Assembly: GCA_964016885.1 (NCBI GenBank)
Contig: OZ024740.1
Coordinates: 352,532,001 to 352,596,000, forward strand
Length of the DNA stretch: 64,000 nt
Direction of reading: 5' to 3'
DNA from: Eledone cirrhosa
Lineage: Eukaryota
The notes under the pieces were generated by a model. That model saw only the letters and a program-made list of their open reading frames with translations. It was not told the origin of the DNA and searched no databases. How positions within the stretch are numbered: the first letter of the stretch is position 1; every line of letters starts with the position of its first letter. Shown piece by piece: positions 1 to 17,988 of this stretch. A program made the translations under genes and the position numbers.

Positions 1-2025
1 TTGAACTCCTCTGTTATAGCCTGAAGGGCAATAATAAATAGTAGGGGGCTAAGAACAGAGCCCTGATGGACACCAACTTTTACGCTAAACTCTTCACTAT
101 ATTCGTTGTTAATTCTAACCTTACTGACTGTTTCTTTATACATGGCTTGTATAGCTCTCACAAGCCATTCGTCAACACCTAGTTTTCTAAGAGACCACCA
201 GATAATGGAACGGGGGACTCTGTCGAAGGCTTTCTCCAAGTCGACGAAAGCTAAGTATAGGGGTTTACTTTTAGCTAGGTACTTCTCCTGTAGTTGTCGT
301 ACAATGAAAAGAGCGTCTGTGGTACTTTTGCCTGACACAAATCCGAACTGCATTTCATCTAGATCAATTCTCTCTCTGATTAGTTGCGCTATTACTTTTT
401 CCGTGACCTTCATGACCTGGTCGATTAATTTAATGCCTCTATAGTTACTCCTATCTAGGGCATCTCCTTTTCCCTTATAGCAGTTAACGATGATGCTGCT
501 ACGCCAGTCCTTCGGAACAACCCCATTCTGTACGACTTGGTTAACTATCCGGGTGACCATGGTGTGTCCACCGAACCAGATGCCTTCAGCATCTCAGCAA
601 CTATTTCCGAAGGACCAGCCGCCTTACCCGTCTTCATATCTTTGATTGCCTTGCTTATTGTACTACCCTGGACTAACACTGCTGGTCCCTCTATTGGGTT
701 GATGCGGGGGAGACTGTCTTTCTCCCATTTGTTCTCCTCATTTAGAAGCCTTTCGTAGTGACACTTCCAAGCTACCTTCTTATCAGCGTCGGTGATGGCA
801 AGTATGCCATCATCGTTAAGTACACACTTCTCCCCGACAATATCATGGTTTTTCTTGACACATTGCCTGGCAATCCTGTACACCTCACGTTGTAGAACAT
901 GCTTGAACTTTCTTTCCTCTGCTTCCCTTCTTGCGAAGTACACTTGTCTCCTAGCTTCCCTCCTGGCCACCTGATAGTCTTCTCTACTTCCCCCATCCCG
1001 CCATGCTTTCCAAGCCTGCTTTTTGGCCTTAATTGACTCCTCCACCTTACTGTTCCACCACCATGTTACTCTCCTCCTACCTACAAGCCTGCTCCAGCCA
1101 CAGACTTCATCTGCCGCCGTCAGCAGGTTTGCTCTCAGGAATTCCCACTGTTCCTCTATATTATACGACTCTAATTGCTCTTCCTTACTGTCGAAAGCGT
1201 CAAGTAATATGCTTTGAAATTTATTTCTGACTATGGGGTCCTTTAGCTTCCATATTTTTCTCCTGAGGATAGTCCTCTTCCGCTGTCTAGTACGTCTCGT
1301 CCTGACTATGAGGTCGCTAATTATCAGTCTATGTTGGGAGGTGAATTCTTCATGGGGGAGGGATTTAGTGTTAACAACAGACACTCTGTCACGTCTTCTG
1401 GTAAGGATATAATCTACCTGGCTTGTGTGTTCCCCCGATCTATAGGTGATCAAGTGATTGTCTCGTTTTTTGAAGTTAGTGTTACAGATAGTTAAGTTAT
1501 TTGCGTCGCAGAATTCCAGGATTCTGGAGCCTTCCTCATTTCTAGTACGAACCCGTAGCCTCCATGGATTCCGTCATAGCCGTCACAATGTTGTCCAACG
1601 TGACCATTTAGGTCGCCTGCAATAACTCTATAGTCACTGTCGGTTATTTGGGAGGTAGCGAGCATCAGTGTCTCGTAGAATCTGTCTTTTATAGCACCGG
1701 GCAGTCCGGATTGTGGTGCGTACGCAGATATTACTGTCACCGTAGTTTTATTGAGGACAAGTCTTATTTAATTATTCTGTCGTTCACTCTATTTACGTCT
1801 ATTATCTTATCTGCCCACTTTTCTGCTACCATGATTCCTACCCCACCCAGAAAAGCTTATAGCATCGTTCTTTACCCACGATGAATCTAGCCGACCCACC
1901 CCTCCACCTGGTCTCTTGAATACAACAAACATCGACCTCCTTACGTTCAAGCATTTCTACAACCTCGTTAGAGCGACCCTTTAAGGTGCCTACATTCATG
2001 GTACCAACTCTGAAGTTTTGGATTG
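1..2025 (-). mobile_element. RTE-clade LINE, APE endonuclease plus N-terminal RT, frameshifted; continues off the left edge
   Basis: Minus-strand translation near 2020 gives VGTMNVGTLKGRSNEVVEML..DVCCIQETRW (APE N-terminus). ORFs 1492-1740 (VISAYAPQ, IAGDLNGHVG) and 545-1453 (SQVDYIL, SQHRLII, TWWWN, GKAAGPS). [12 protein letters not shown] near 210-255. Confidence 0.92.
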
Positions 2026-2328
2026 CGTTTGGAGGGTGGGAACGGTGAGCGCGGGGGGGGGGGGGTTATGTTAGCCATCCTGGGCCGAAACAAGGCGGAG
2101 TGCTTTCATTCTCGTCCACGAGGTGAATTTGTCTTTATCTTTGGCATTGTCGCTGAGCGTCCACATTTTTCTCTCTTCAACTCTCCAGAATTCCGTAGTC
2201 CATCCATCATATCGAAAAGCAACCAGTTAAGCGATAGTATGGGCCTCTGACTTATGATTGGTCCACGTAATAATGGTGGTGCGTGGGGGCGGGTGGGAGG
2301 GATGATGGTTGTTAGCGAGAATGTAAGG

Positions 2329-2612
2329 TTTAAGATAAGATCGCCGTATTTTGGGCATAATTTAACAATAAACGAAAATACAAGATTTGTTTTGTTTAAG
2401 AAAATACGATAGAGAAAATGCGGTGATAGGGAAAATATGATTTTTAGAGAAAAAATATGATATAGAATGGTTTAAGATAAGATCGCCGTATTTTGGGCAT
2501 AATTTAACAATAAACGAAAATACAAGATTTGTTTTGTTTAAGAAAATACGATAGAGAAAATGCGGTGATAGGGAAAATATGATTTTTAGAGAAAAAATAT
2601 GATATAGAATGG
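2329..2612. repeat. 142-bp tandem duplication
   Basis: TAAGATAAGATCGCCGTATTTTGGG at 2331 and 2473. Confidence 0.9.
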
Positions 2613-2995
2613 TGAAAATATGATATAGTGTGAAATTAGGACATAGAATAGTGATTGAATGAATGGATTCGAATGGAGAGAAGAATCAAGAAAAAAATAT
2701 GATATATAATGGTGAAAATATGATATAGTGTGAAATTAGGACATAGAATAGTGATTGAATGAATGGATTCGAATGGAGAGAAGAATCGAGAAAAAAATAT
2801 GATATAGAATGGTGAAAATATGATATAGTGTGAAATTAGGACATAGAATAGTGATTGAATGAATGGATTCGAATGGAGAGAAGAATCGAGAAAAAAATAT
2901 GATATAGAATGGTGAAAATATGATATAGTGTGAAATTAGGACATAGAATAGTGATTGAATGAATGGATTCGAATGGAGAGAAGAATCGAGAAAAA
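2592..2995. repeat. 100-bp minisatellite, 4 near-identical copies
   Basis: GAATGGAGAG recurs at 2671, 2771, 2871 and 2971. Confidence 0.95.
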
Positions 2996-3315
2996 TATTT
3001 GAACGTTACTTTATACCGCAAGAACAGCCATCCCTGAAATAGCGAGTTGGCGATTGTGATTAATTTTGGTAGGGTTTATCTTATATGTATAGAGAGGGAT
3101 GGGGGGGGCAGGAACCAGCATGATGTATGGGTAGGGGGTAGAAGATGGGATGGAGCAGAGGTTAAGAGTTTAAATAGGTACTAGAAGTTTGCGTAGAACT
3201 TAGCAAGGTTTAACAAAATAGATTTAAAGGATATATATAGTGATTTGTTTTTGTTATGAAATACGACAGAATAAAAAAATATGACAGAATGTAAGCGAGA
3301 ATGGTAGGGGTTTAT

Positions 3316-7953
<4,638 letters not shown>

Positions 7954-8666
7954 ATGGTGGCTGCCAACTCGTTTTCGAGTACGGCCACTACTTTATATCC
8001 ATGTAGGAGAACCCCTACCGATGCGCTGAACGAGTGTGACTTTTTAGTCCAGCCAGCGACTTGAAAACTCTGGTACAAACACCACACCTGTGACAATTAT
8101 TGACACATAGTGCTGGGCCCATGGTACCATGTGACGACAAGTGCAGAGAGATCTCCAGATATAAAGCAATGCCTGTGCCGTGAAGCTTTTATAGTGAGCA
8201 AAGGCACTGCACAAAGCCAGTCCCACTCTCTTAACCAAGATGATATTTACCAAAAAGAACAAGTCAACATCATTGGATACCATCAGAGTTGCAGGTGTTA
8301 TATCAGAGTTTTCCTTCTCCTAGAATTCTTCCTAGACAAAGGCTAAGGGGTCATCTCTCTCGGTGATTTTGGATTGCCATTGACTCTTAAGAGCTCCCTA
8401 GCCCTTTGACAGGTTTTGTTTTTAGTCCTGCAGGATGTCTAAAGTCACCCTCCTCACCAAGAAACCTTGGTGGGGTTGCCAGTTTAGTTGCCAATGACTC
8501 GACCATGAGACAGGTTGTACTGGGATACATATATACATATATACATACATATCTATAGATACATACATCTACATACATACATATAGATACATACATATAT
8601 ATATATACATACATACATACATTTACATACATACATATATATATACATGTATATATATATATACAT

Positions 8667-10321
8667 TTAGCTTTTGTAGGCCTGGAGAAAGCCTTTGACA
8701 GAGTCCCCCCGTTCCATTATCTGGTGGGCTCTTAGAAAACTAGGTGTAGATGAATGGCTTGTGAGAGCTATACAAGCCATGTATAAAGAAACAGTCAGTA
8801 AGGTTAGAATTAACAATGAATATAGTGAAGAATGTAGCATAAAAGTTGGTGTTCATCAGGGCTCCGTCCTTAGCCCCCTCCTATTTATTATTGCCATTCA
8901 GGCTATAACAGAGGAGTTTAAGACCGGCTGCCCATGGGAACTCCTATACGCAGATGATCTAACTCTCATAGCTGAATCTATGGCTGAACTAGAGAAGAAA
9001 TTCCAAACATGGAAGCATGGCCTACAATCAAAAGGCCTTAAAGTTAACTTGTCTAACACTAAAGTGTACAAAGGAAAATAGGGCACAGGTGCCCTCCGGG
9101 AAATGGCCATACTCAGTGTATAGAAAAGGAGTAAGTAGAAATTCCATTTTATGTCCCAAATGCTAACTATGGGTACATAAAAGATGTAGTGGGATCACAG
9201 GTAAACTGTCTAAGAACGTAGACTTTATATGTGGCCAATGCTCAGGTGCAATAAGTAGCAAGTGGTCACAGGATACTAGCTCCTTCTATTGTCCAGATGG
9301 TTCTATAGAAATACTGGACACTTTCCGTTACCTGGGTGACAAAATCAGCAGTCGTGGAGGTGGTTCTGAAAGTACAGTAGCCAGAGTCAGAACGGGATGG
9401 AAAAAGTTCAGAGAGCTTATACCGCTGTTGGCCACAAAAGGTTTCTCTCTAAAAATGAAAGGCAGATTGTATGATGCCTGTATATGAACAGCAATGCTAC
9501 ATGGCAATGAGACATGAGCATAGTGTGGAGAGGACCTGCACAGACTGGAAATGAATGAAGCATGCATGCTCCGTTGGATGTGTAATAGTAATATACATGA
9601 ACGGCAAAACAAATGAACTAAGTGAGAAATTAGGAATAAGAGGGATCAGATGCTGTTTACTTGGGAGAAGACTACGTTGGTATGGTCACGTGATGCGCAT
9701 GAAAGACGACAGCTGTATAAAAAAGTGCAGGACGATCAAAATTGATGGAAGTTACGGAGTAGGTAGACCCAGTAAAACCTGGGACAATTTGCTCAATTCC
9801 GACCTTACACGCTTACACCTCTCTAAGACAATGTCACTGGACCGAGGTCTTTGGTGCCACACAGTAATACAGAAGACCCGCGTTCCCTTCGTGCAAAGTT
9901 AACCTACAGTCAGAAGGCCCCTCCAAACAAAACACATCCAAACCCACTACCCCTACTCCACCCTTCCACTCCCGACAACACCACCCTTTCTCTATAAAGT
10001 TATGTTGGTACCACAACATCCGGTCCAAACTAATGAGGTCGTGTAGTGTCACAACAAAAAAAGAAAAAAAGGGAAAAGAGAAGAAAGAGAAAAAAAATAG
10101 TCCACGCTGTAATGTGGCCGTGTAGGTAACATGGTAAAAAGCTCCCAGTCCACACTGTAAATGTGGTTGGTGTTAGGAAGGGCATCCAACCGTAGAAAAC
10201 CTGCCAGATAGTCCTATACAAGCGAGACACAGTCGCCCAACCAATCTTACCTCAATTGGGGCAATTCCCGTCTAACCCATGCTAGCATGGAAGATAGACG
10301 TTAAATGATGATGATGATGAT
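8667..10321 (+). mobile_element. 5'-truncated RTE LINE (RT, Cys-rich insert, 3' UTR, (ATG)n tail), decayed; same family as 1-2025
   Basis: LEKAFDRVP; VGVHQGSVLSPLLF; ELLYADDL; RRLRWYGHVMRM; GRPSKTW. Ends GCTAGCATGGAAGATAGACGTTAAATGATGATGATGATGA. Confidence 0.92.
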
Positions 10322-10748
10322 AACACATATACACACGACAGGCTTCTGTAAAATTTGCATCTATCAAATTCTACTTAAAAGATATTGGCCAACCCAAGGC
10401 TTCAGTAGAAAACATGTGAAGTAGGATTAAAATAGGACCTATGTGATTACAAACAAATATTCTTACATAGTATATATAATAAAAAACACACACACACATA
10501 TATATTTGTATATAATAACTGAGAATATGCAAAAATGACTGGGAAATACATAAAAAACACTAGGTGGATTATTATTGCAAATAAAAAAAATTACAAATGT
10601 ATTAAATTTTATATTGGTCTTTGTGAACAATAGTGTCATGACATGAGTAACAAGGGAGTATTTGTAAGTAGATATAGAGCAAAGAGACTTGAGAATATAC
10701 CACTTTTTGTTTTTTCATCAAAGTTTACTTGCTTTTCCTAAATATATA

Positions 10749-11355
10749 TCTGTATATATATAAATCTGTAGTTTTCTGTATGTATGTGTATATGTGTGGA
10801 CAATTTTTAATGAGGGCTCATATATTCTAAACCATTCATGCAATTTCTTTGAAATTTTTTACAGAGCTGCTTCTTGCACAAAACCTGTACATGATCTACA
10901 AAGGCTTTCAAAAATCGATATTGGGGCCTTTGGAGACATTAAAAATGTTTCGGTTGTTTGTGTGAATTTTCGTGATTAAGTAAGACAAGAGTTATCTTTC
11001 GTAATTCGGCTCATATGGATTTTAATTTACTCTTTGTACTTGAAAGAAAGAGACTAACAATATCATTTTGTATATTTCACAACCAGCAATTTCTAACAGA
11101 TTACTAAGTTAAGTTATAGATTTGACATTGTATAATTTATCGTTTCAAGGTTGATGTTCATACATTAAATGATGTCATAACTTTTACAATATTATGCGTA
11201 AATTTATCTAAAATTATTTCACTGGAATAGTGCCTAAGGTTTTCATGTTTACATAAAGTACGTTTTTCTTCTATGTATTCAAATTTACTTTGTTTAGTTT
11301 AATGAGCTACATCGAAAGCTACTTGAACCGTCCAAGGGACGGGTAGTTTAGCTAG
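10749..11355 (+). mobile_element. Non-autonomous Helitron (~607 bp)
   Basis: A|TC start (TCTGTATATATATAAA...), 3' hairpin CCGTCC-AAG-GGACGG at 11328-11342, then CTAG|T at 11352-11356. Confidence 0.7.
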
Positions 11356-11816
11356 TTATATATAAACATATATATATATATATAGTATTAGTTATACTAT
11401 TTATGGTTATGTAAATACAAAACCTTATGCAGTTATAAGTATTTTTTATACACACCCTAAATAGTGGTCGGCAGTAATTTAAGTAGCTCAATGTAAAAAC
11501 ATCAGATGATTTACAGAGCAGTTATATGAAATATAAGAAGTGCCTCTACCACACATATCTCTCTGCCACACTATATAAACAAGATGCACATGCTTGCCAC
11601 ACTTATAACATTTGCACTATATAACCGCTTATCTTCATGTTGTATTTTAACCTGTATTTTTGATTTTTGATTGTACCTCTTAATATGAATGTAATCTCGA
11701 AGTGTGTACTGCCACTCTAAATTCTGTAATGAATGTTAACCCACAATATTTGCATATGTATCGGTATGTCTCTTGGCTGAAAAGGAGGTCATATAACTGT
11801 CCATGCATTAATAAAT

Positions 11817-11863
11817 TGCTCCGAAGAATCCAAACCTCGGTTTGGAGGAAACAGCTGTAAGCA
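11817..11863 (+). ncRNA. Type-I hammerhead motif, degenerate core (CCGAAGA)
   Basis: TGCT-CCGAAGA-A-TCCAAAC/GTTTGGA-G-GAAA-CAGCTG-TA-AGCA; palindromic helix III ACAGCTGT. Confidence 0.7.
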
Positions 11864-11894
11864 CAATAATGTTTTGAACAGTTCTTTGATTCTT

Positions 11895-11927
<33 letters not shown>

Positions 11928-12129
11928 TACTAGTACAGATTAAAGTTTAAGTTTTAGAAGATTCCGTAATAGGGTGAAAGCAGCAATTGTTTGCTTAAAC
12001 TTTATTCTGTTCTAATAATAAATATTTGCTCTACAGGTTTATATATACTTTTTTATTATATATATATATATATATATATATACAATCCTTACCAAGCCCT
12101 CTTCGGATTTTGGTCTATGTAATTATTAT

Positions 12130-12177
<48 letters not shown>

Positions 12178-12338
12178 TGGGGCTAAAGTTATGGTGGAAG
12201 ATATTTGCCCTCAGTGCCATGAAGTGGGATTGAACTTAAAACAACATGGTTGTGAAGTGAACTTCTTAACCAAACAGCCAAATAAAAATATTAGAAGTCC
12301 AATATATAAAGCTGTTGAAAAAGACAAGAATAACTTAC

Positions 12339-12431
12339 GTAGAGCGTATATTTTCAGGAGGGTTATCAAGCAATGCATATTTGACAATAACAACAATCAC
12401 TACATATATTACAGCCACAACCCCTAAGCCA
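12339..12431 (-). CDS. SLC38A7: SLC38A7-like transporter, coding exon 5
   Basis: TTTTCAG|...|GTAAGT; (S)GLGVVAVIYVVIVVIVKYALLDNPPENIRS(T); phase matches the previous exon. The next exon was not found in the window. Confidence 0.85.
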
Positions 12432-13129
12432 CTGAAAATATATAGAATATAGGAATTAATAAAGTATTGGCAATCAAAGAAACTTCAAATACAAATTCCA
12501 GTAAAATATTTGGATAATTCTAATAATAATAATTGTTTAAATCACACACACACACACATATTATATACATACTCTGACATACAAATTTTATTTTATTTTG
12601 TGATAGTATTATATACTATACTTAAGGTTAAAGTCTGTCTCATGTCTGGAGACTTATCAGACCAGAGCTTATCCCAGTTTCATTGGTGTTAAGTGACTAG
12701 AGAGAACATGACAAGATACCAGTCTATTGCAGGATTAACCCTCAGCTGCCGCTGGAACTTTTAGTGAGCTGGTTATTAGAAACTTATTTCAGCTGAGTTG
12801 ACTGTAACAATATAAACTGAAGTGTTTTGCTAATGAACACGTGCAACCGGATCCAGGAATCAAATTTACAATACTACAATCATAAGCCCACCATGCTTCC
12901 TTCATTATCCATACTTTTAGTGCAACTGTTGATTCTGGGTATTAGCCACATGAATTTCATAAGCCAAGATGTTGACCCCATTTCTTCACCAGTTTACATA
13001 GAAAAAAAATATTACTCTTTATGTGGAATCATCATCATTGTCATTTTTATGTTTGCTTCTCTAGGCTAGCATGGGTTGGATGAGATGGTTCAAGACAATG
13101 TTTTACAGCCAGATGCCCTTTTAGTCACA

Positions 13130-14115
13130 TCTAATGAGACACGGATACAGTATACCTATCCTAAAAGCCAGGATACACAAAATCCAGCGTCCACATACTC
13201 CCTCCACAACACTGATATCAAAAAGTTCTCTCGTGAATGTGACCTGGGCATTACTGTCAGCAATGATTTGCGTTGGACAAAGCATGTCTCTAAGATTGTC
13301 AAGAAGGCCGAGGGTGTCTTGGCATCACTCAGCAAGACCTTTGTTAGCCGCTCTCCAGCCATCTATTTAAAACTATATACAGCTATGGTACGACCACACT
13401 TGGAATTCGCATCATCAGTCTGGAACCCCTATCTTGCTCAGAACATTGACCTCCTGGAAACTGTTCAGAGATGTGCAACCAAGCGCATACCCTCCATCAG
13501 ACACCTACCATACTCTGAACGCCTTGCTTCCCTGGGCATGGATTCATTGAAGCTCCGACGTCTGGCAATGGACTTGGTGAATACCCACAAAGTTTTTAAC
13601 CATCTCGCCAATTGCAACCCTGAGCGCCTCTTTGACCTCCATGTGTCTAACACACGTGGACATGCCTACAAGATCAGAAAACAGCACAGCTCCCATGACT
13701 TTCGTAGACATTTTTTCACGCTCAGAGTTGCTGAAGCATGGAACAAACTGCCTGCGTCAGTTCTTAGCTGCCGAGACACTGCATCCTTAAAGACACTCAT
13801 GCTTCCCGAAATACGCCAAAACTACACCTGATGTACCCCTTCCATACACATGCAGACGTGTGTATCATGACTCGTGCACTGTTCATTTTACTGATGTTTG
13901 TGCATTGCCCGATTTACTGTACATGCACTTTTTTGATGAGTTGTGGTGCACCTGGGCACTGTACACAATATTTCATTATTGTTATTATTATATCATGACT
14001 CATACACTGTTCATTTTCCTGACATTTGTACATTATTCTATGTACTATACATGCACCTTTGATGAGTTGTAGTGCACCTGAGCACTGTACACAATAATTT
14101 CATTATTATTATTAT
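13130..14115 (+). mobile_element. CR1-group LINE 3' fragment with duplicated 3' tail
   Basis: ECDLGITVSNDLRW..LYTAMVRPHLEFASSVWNPY..NTRGH..FFTLRVAEAWNKLP. The tail block GATGAGTTG..GCACTGTACACAAT..(ATT)n occurs twice (~13935, ~14061). Confidence 0.88.
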
Positions 14116-14190
14116 AATACTACTCATGATAATATAATACTACTATTTATAAATATTACGTAAATGAAAAGAAGTAATTTTAATACTAAC

Positions 14191-14329
14191 CTAGCATATT
14201 TCAGGAAATCTATCTTCTTAGGGAAACAAAATGGTAAAATGAGTACTGTTGAGGTCACTATTATAGTGAATATTCGATTCATATACCAAGGATAGGTACA
14301 GAAAAGGCTCTTATTAACAAAGATAAAAA
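14191..14329 (-). CDS. SLC38A7: SLC38A7-like transporter, coding exon 4
   Basis: TCTTTTCAG|...|GTTAGT; FIFVNKSLFCTYPWYMNRIFTIIVTSTVLILPFCFPKKIDFLKYA. Confidence 0.9.
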
Positions 14330-14737
14330 CTGAAAAGACAAATATATATACACATATTAGAATTAATTTTTGCATTAAAATGTTTCAGCTTAAATTGAAT
14401 ATGTAATAATTATGAAGATCAAACTTTTAAAACTTTTATCCACATACTGGAGTGATGTCATAGCTTGAAAAGTACATGATACCATTAAACTAAAGTACTA
14501 GACTATATATTCAAACCTTACAATAGTTGTATTGTGCTCTTTAATGTCTCTTGTCAGTCTAATTGACTGATAATTAAGTTCTACTTCAGCTTCAAGGTTT
14601 AATGGGTATTGTAATAGAGCATGAAGCTGTAAAAACAATACTTGTACAAAAATGGATTAACCCTTTGATACCAACTCACCCAAAACTACCCCAAGTCTAT
14701 GATGACAAACCTCTTGTTTTAAACTATTCTTATTTAA

Positions 14738-14936
14738 CCCTTTAGCATTTAAACCAGCCAGAATTATCTCACCTTTTTTCTGTTCAAACTGGCTGCAACT
14801 AGCTGCTCATACCTACATTAAAGTATTATTCTCAAAATAAATAACATCAAAATTTCGTAGATTCAATATTATGTGAGATAAAGCCTTTACTGTGAAAATA
14901 CAATAGTAAATATAGAATAATGTAAATGCTAAAGAG
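14738..14936. mobile_element. piggyBac-like MITE
   Basis: TTAA|CCCTTTAGCATTTA ... TAAATGCTAAAGAG|TTAA: terminal inverted repeats with TTAA duplication. Confidence 0.75.
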
Positions 14937-15114
14937 TTAAAAAAATAATGTCATGTTAGAATATCTTTGTTAAGCTATGTACTAAACATCAACTTTTAAT
15001 ATGGTTAGTTATTTTACTAAATCCCTTCAAATTGTTGATTACTTATAAAACATAGGTGGTGTATTTCATTAAAATTAAGGTAATGAAAGTGTTAAAAAGA
15101 ATTTTATTACTTAC

Positions 15115-15313
15115 ATTCTTGCCACTGGTCACCAATGATGATAAGAAAAGTGATGCAGGTACCATAGCAATAAAGAGTGATTGCAATAGAGCACCACAGC
15201 AGACCTTGGTGGCCACACAAATAGAAAATAACTTCTTGGTAGTTAGAACTTTGGTTTTTATCAGAGCAATACACTAGAATTAATAAAGCTGCTACCACAA
15301 ATATCATCAAGAA
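15115..15313 (-). CDS. SLC38A7: SLC38A7-like transporter, coding exon 3
   Basis: TCTTTTAG|...|GTAAGT; 199 bp; LILVYCSD..SNYQEVIFYLCG..LYCYGTCITFLIIIGDQ, matching the SLC38A7/8 motif GTCIAFLIIIGDQ. Confidence 0.93.
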
Positions 15314-15711
15314 CTAAAAGACAAATAAAATACATTTCTTTAAGGTTGGTTATATTACAAATAAAATACATTTCTTTAAGCAAAGAAATGTTTTTAAAAT
15401 CTCACATCATTCAGTGAAGAATTTACATTGGCAATAGACTTTAAATTTAACATTGATATACAAAGTTTTATCACCATATACATTTTCTGTTAGCAACTAT
15501 GTCCTTTAAACAAGATACAGACTTCAGTAGACAAAAGGTTTCATTTATAGAGCTTTGGGAATTTGGTTATATCAGTAATGAAGTAGTAGTATTATTAGTT
15601 TGGCACCACACTTTGATCTTAGCCAAAATGATGAGAAGTGATTAGTTTAGTATGAGGTCAATTCTTGATCTAATAGACCTACAAATAAAACATGAAAAAA
15701 GTTATATTTAC

Positions 15712-15836
15712 TGCTTGAATGAGTATGCCAATCAAAATCCCACCAGCTTGGTAGTAAGACTCTGGGAAATTAAGAAGACCAGCACCCAATGCAGCATTGA
15801 CAACCAGGAATACAGCAGCAAACCAACTTGTACCTA
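15712..15836 (-). CDS. SLC38A7: SLC38A7-like transporter, coding exon 2
   Basis: GTSWFAAVFLVVNAALGAGLLNFPESYYQAGG (TM1 signature); donor GTAAAT; tandem acceptor TTAG/TAG. Confidence 0.93.
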
Positions 15837-15943
15837 CTAATAAAAAAAGAAAGAAAGAGAATTGAATATATATATATATATATATATAACAAAATGAGAA
15901 AATATGAAACTGAAGCAAGTTAAGTATAATATCTATCATTATT

Positions 15944-16126
15944 ATTGGCAGTATCGGTAGAGGGTCGGACGCCATGCTTTCCAGCATAGTTATGTCCCTT
16001 TACGATCTGAGTTCAAATCCCGCCGAGGTTGACTTTGCCTTTCATCCTTACGGGGTCGATAAAATAAAGTACCAGTAATGCACTGGGTAATTGCTGGCCT
16101 TGTGCCTAAAGTAGAAAATTATTATT
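15944..16126 (+). mobile_element. tRNA-type SINE
   Basis: A-box TGGCAGTATCGG, B-box GAGTTCAAATCC, core GCCTTTCATCCTTACGGGGTCGATAAAATAAAGTACC, (ATT)n tail. Confidence 0.9.
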
Positions 16127-16464
16127 AACCATTGATACAAAATCAGAAAACAGCACAGCTCCCATGACCATCCTTTAAAACCTCCATGCTTCCTGAAATT
16201 CCCCAACACTCCACCCCCCAAAACAGCCAAATCACACCCTACTATCTTAAGAATAGGATATGCTATGCCTAAAATACGGGATGGCTATGGTTGGAATGCC
16301 TCTAATCATAGTCAACTTCAGTGGAATTTGAACTTAGAACATATAGAAACATAACTAAAACAATACAAAATTGGGAATGATAGTAACATTTGATAACACA
16401 CCAGTTTTAACAAGCCTGTTTTTAAAGCTAAAGATATGAAATATCTTTATCTAACACTGGAAAC

Positions 16465-16580
16465 TTGTAGTTAAACAAAATAAGTACTGGGGTCAATGTG
16501 ATTAACTAAAATCCCTTTAAGGCTGTATTCCAACATGGCTACAGTCTAATGACTGAAACCAGTAAAAGAATAAAAGACAG
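16465..16580 (+). mobile_element. SINE 3' fragment (different tail type)
   Basis: AATAAGTACTGGGGTC...CATGGCTACAGTCTAATGACTGAAACCAGTAAAAGAATAAAAGA. Confidence 0.5.
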
Positions 16581-17534
16581 TTATTTAATACCAGTTTACT
16601 AGGCATTAATTGAGTAATTTACCTCAAAGATTAATTGATTTAAAAACTGCTAAGTTTCATACCTTCTAATGTATAATATTTTACACCTATTTAGTGATTC
16701 TCTCATCATTACTTTGATTTTTAGAGCTTTTTGCATTACCAGCAGATCACAATACCAGCAGATCCAATACCAGCAGATCTCCCATCAACATGATTCAGAT
16801 ATCCACAGGAATATTTATATGGAGAATATTTATTAGAGAACTAGATGATAAAAAATTTATTAATTGATCCTCAGGGATGACTACTAAGCCGAGGAGGGGG
16901 TGGTGCTTCTGCATAAGAATGGGATAATGAAAACATTGAGCGAGTATCCCTATTCTGAGGAAGAAACTAGCCAACTAACCATCCACTTGTCAACAGGGAT
17001 GAAAGAGGCAACAGAATGTGGTATTTTTACATCGATGATAATTAAGGATTGACCTTTCCTCAGTAGGTCACCTGATGTCAACTGGTACCGAAATGAGGAC
17101 AATATTGAGCAGCAGATTGTGCCTGTAGCAGTTTCAGGAACCTGGTACTTTTCTTGGAGAAAACTTTTGACCTCTGTATACACCACTCCTAGGTAAATTA
17201 TATAACAGTAATAAACGCTATTTCTTCGTTCTATTTAAAGTATCCTGCAAAACTATTTAAAACAATAAATAAATAAAAACACTAATTGTTCAACCCGATC
17301 AAAATAATTAGTTACAATTACGTCTGACATTTTTGTTGTTTAGCTCTAGTATTAACACTGTGATATAACTATAAAATACATGTTCGTGAAATAAAATGTA
17401 ACTGAACTATGTAGATGTTTCATAATATTAGTACAATTAACAACGTAAATAGACAATAACGGGAGACATGAGTTTTTGTGCGTTTTTTTTAAAGGGTTAG
17501 GAGGCCTAGACACCCCCCCCCCCTCCTCACTTAT

Positions 17535-17722
17535 ACGGGGAATACTGGTGTTAACCAGTAAATTTTTTTGAAGCAATGCCCAAACACTCATAGCATTACC
17601 ACAGGTGGTAGCGTGGGCTACGACCTGCAACAGCCAAGTCCCCTCACGAGTTTCACTTAAGACTTCATTAAGACGGGATGCTAACAATAACAAACCTTCG
17701 TTGTCAGTGGACCGCGCCACCG
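17535..17722 (-). mobile_element. CRE/RLE-type LINE C-terminal remnant
   Basis: LASRLNEVLSETREGTWLLQVVAHATTCGNAMSV resembles the RLE-LINE ending (REGxFLxQRLSxAxQRGNAxSV). A homologous diverged copy lies at 18605-18795. Confidence 0.55.
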
Positions 17723-17888
17723 AACTGATTGTTATCTTGATAAAATATACATAACGAAGGGTATATAAATGAAGGAAGATAGGTAATTTAAGATATGAAG
17801 ATGTATATCATTTCAGTTCGAACAAACAATTGAATAGAAGCTGTAAAATAAGAAAAGAATTTATCACAGAAAATGTTATTTATGTTAC

Positions 17889-17988
17889 CTTCAGGCGAAC
17901 GCACCACAAATTCCTCGCTATAATTGATAGAATTTTGTTTCGTTTCCACGGTTGCTTCATCTTTTTGATAAGAACTTTCCTCCTCCAT
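17889..17988 (-). CDS. SLC38A7: SLC38A7-like transporter, probable first coding exon
   Basis: ATG..MEEESSYQKDEATVETKQNSINYSEEFVVRSPE, G|GTAACA donor in phase 1, compatible with exon 2. Confidence 0.7.

Noticed and set aside
106-1230. Plus-strand ORFs 106-444, 537-758, 792-974, 1023-1230
   Set aside because: Antisense shadows of the RTE ORF.
2592-2995. Regularly spaced repeats as a CRISPR array
   Set aside because: The whole 100-bp unit repeats with no unique spacers; eukaryotic context, no cas genes.
15944-16126. tRNA gene
   Set aside because: A and B boxes are present, but it is a multi-copy SINE with a core, a tail and (in other copies) TSDs; no cloverleaf.
16663-16840. Extra SLC38A7 exon (AG...GTATG on minus)
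   Set aside because: In-frame stop in the required phase; contains a short tandem repeat.
16880-17190. ORF 16950-17186 as a gene exon
   Set aside because: No transporter similarity; perhaps a decayed RLE-LINE fragment but too weak to call.
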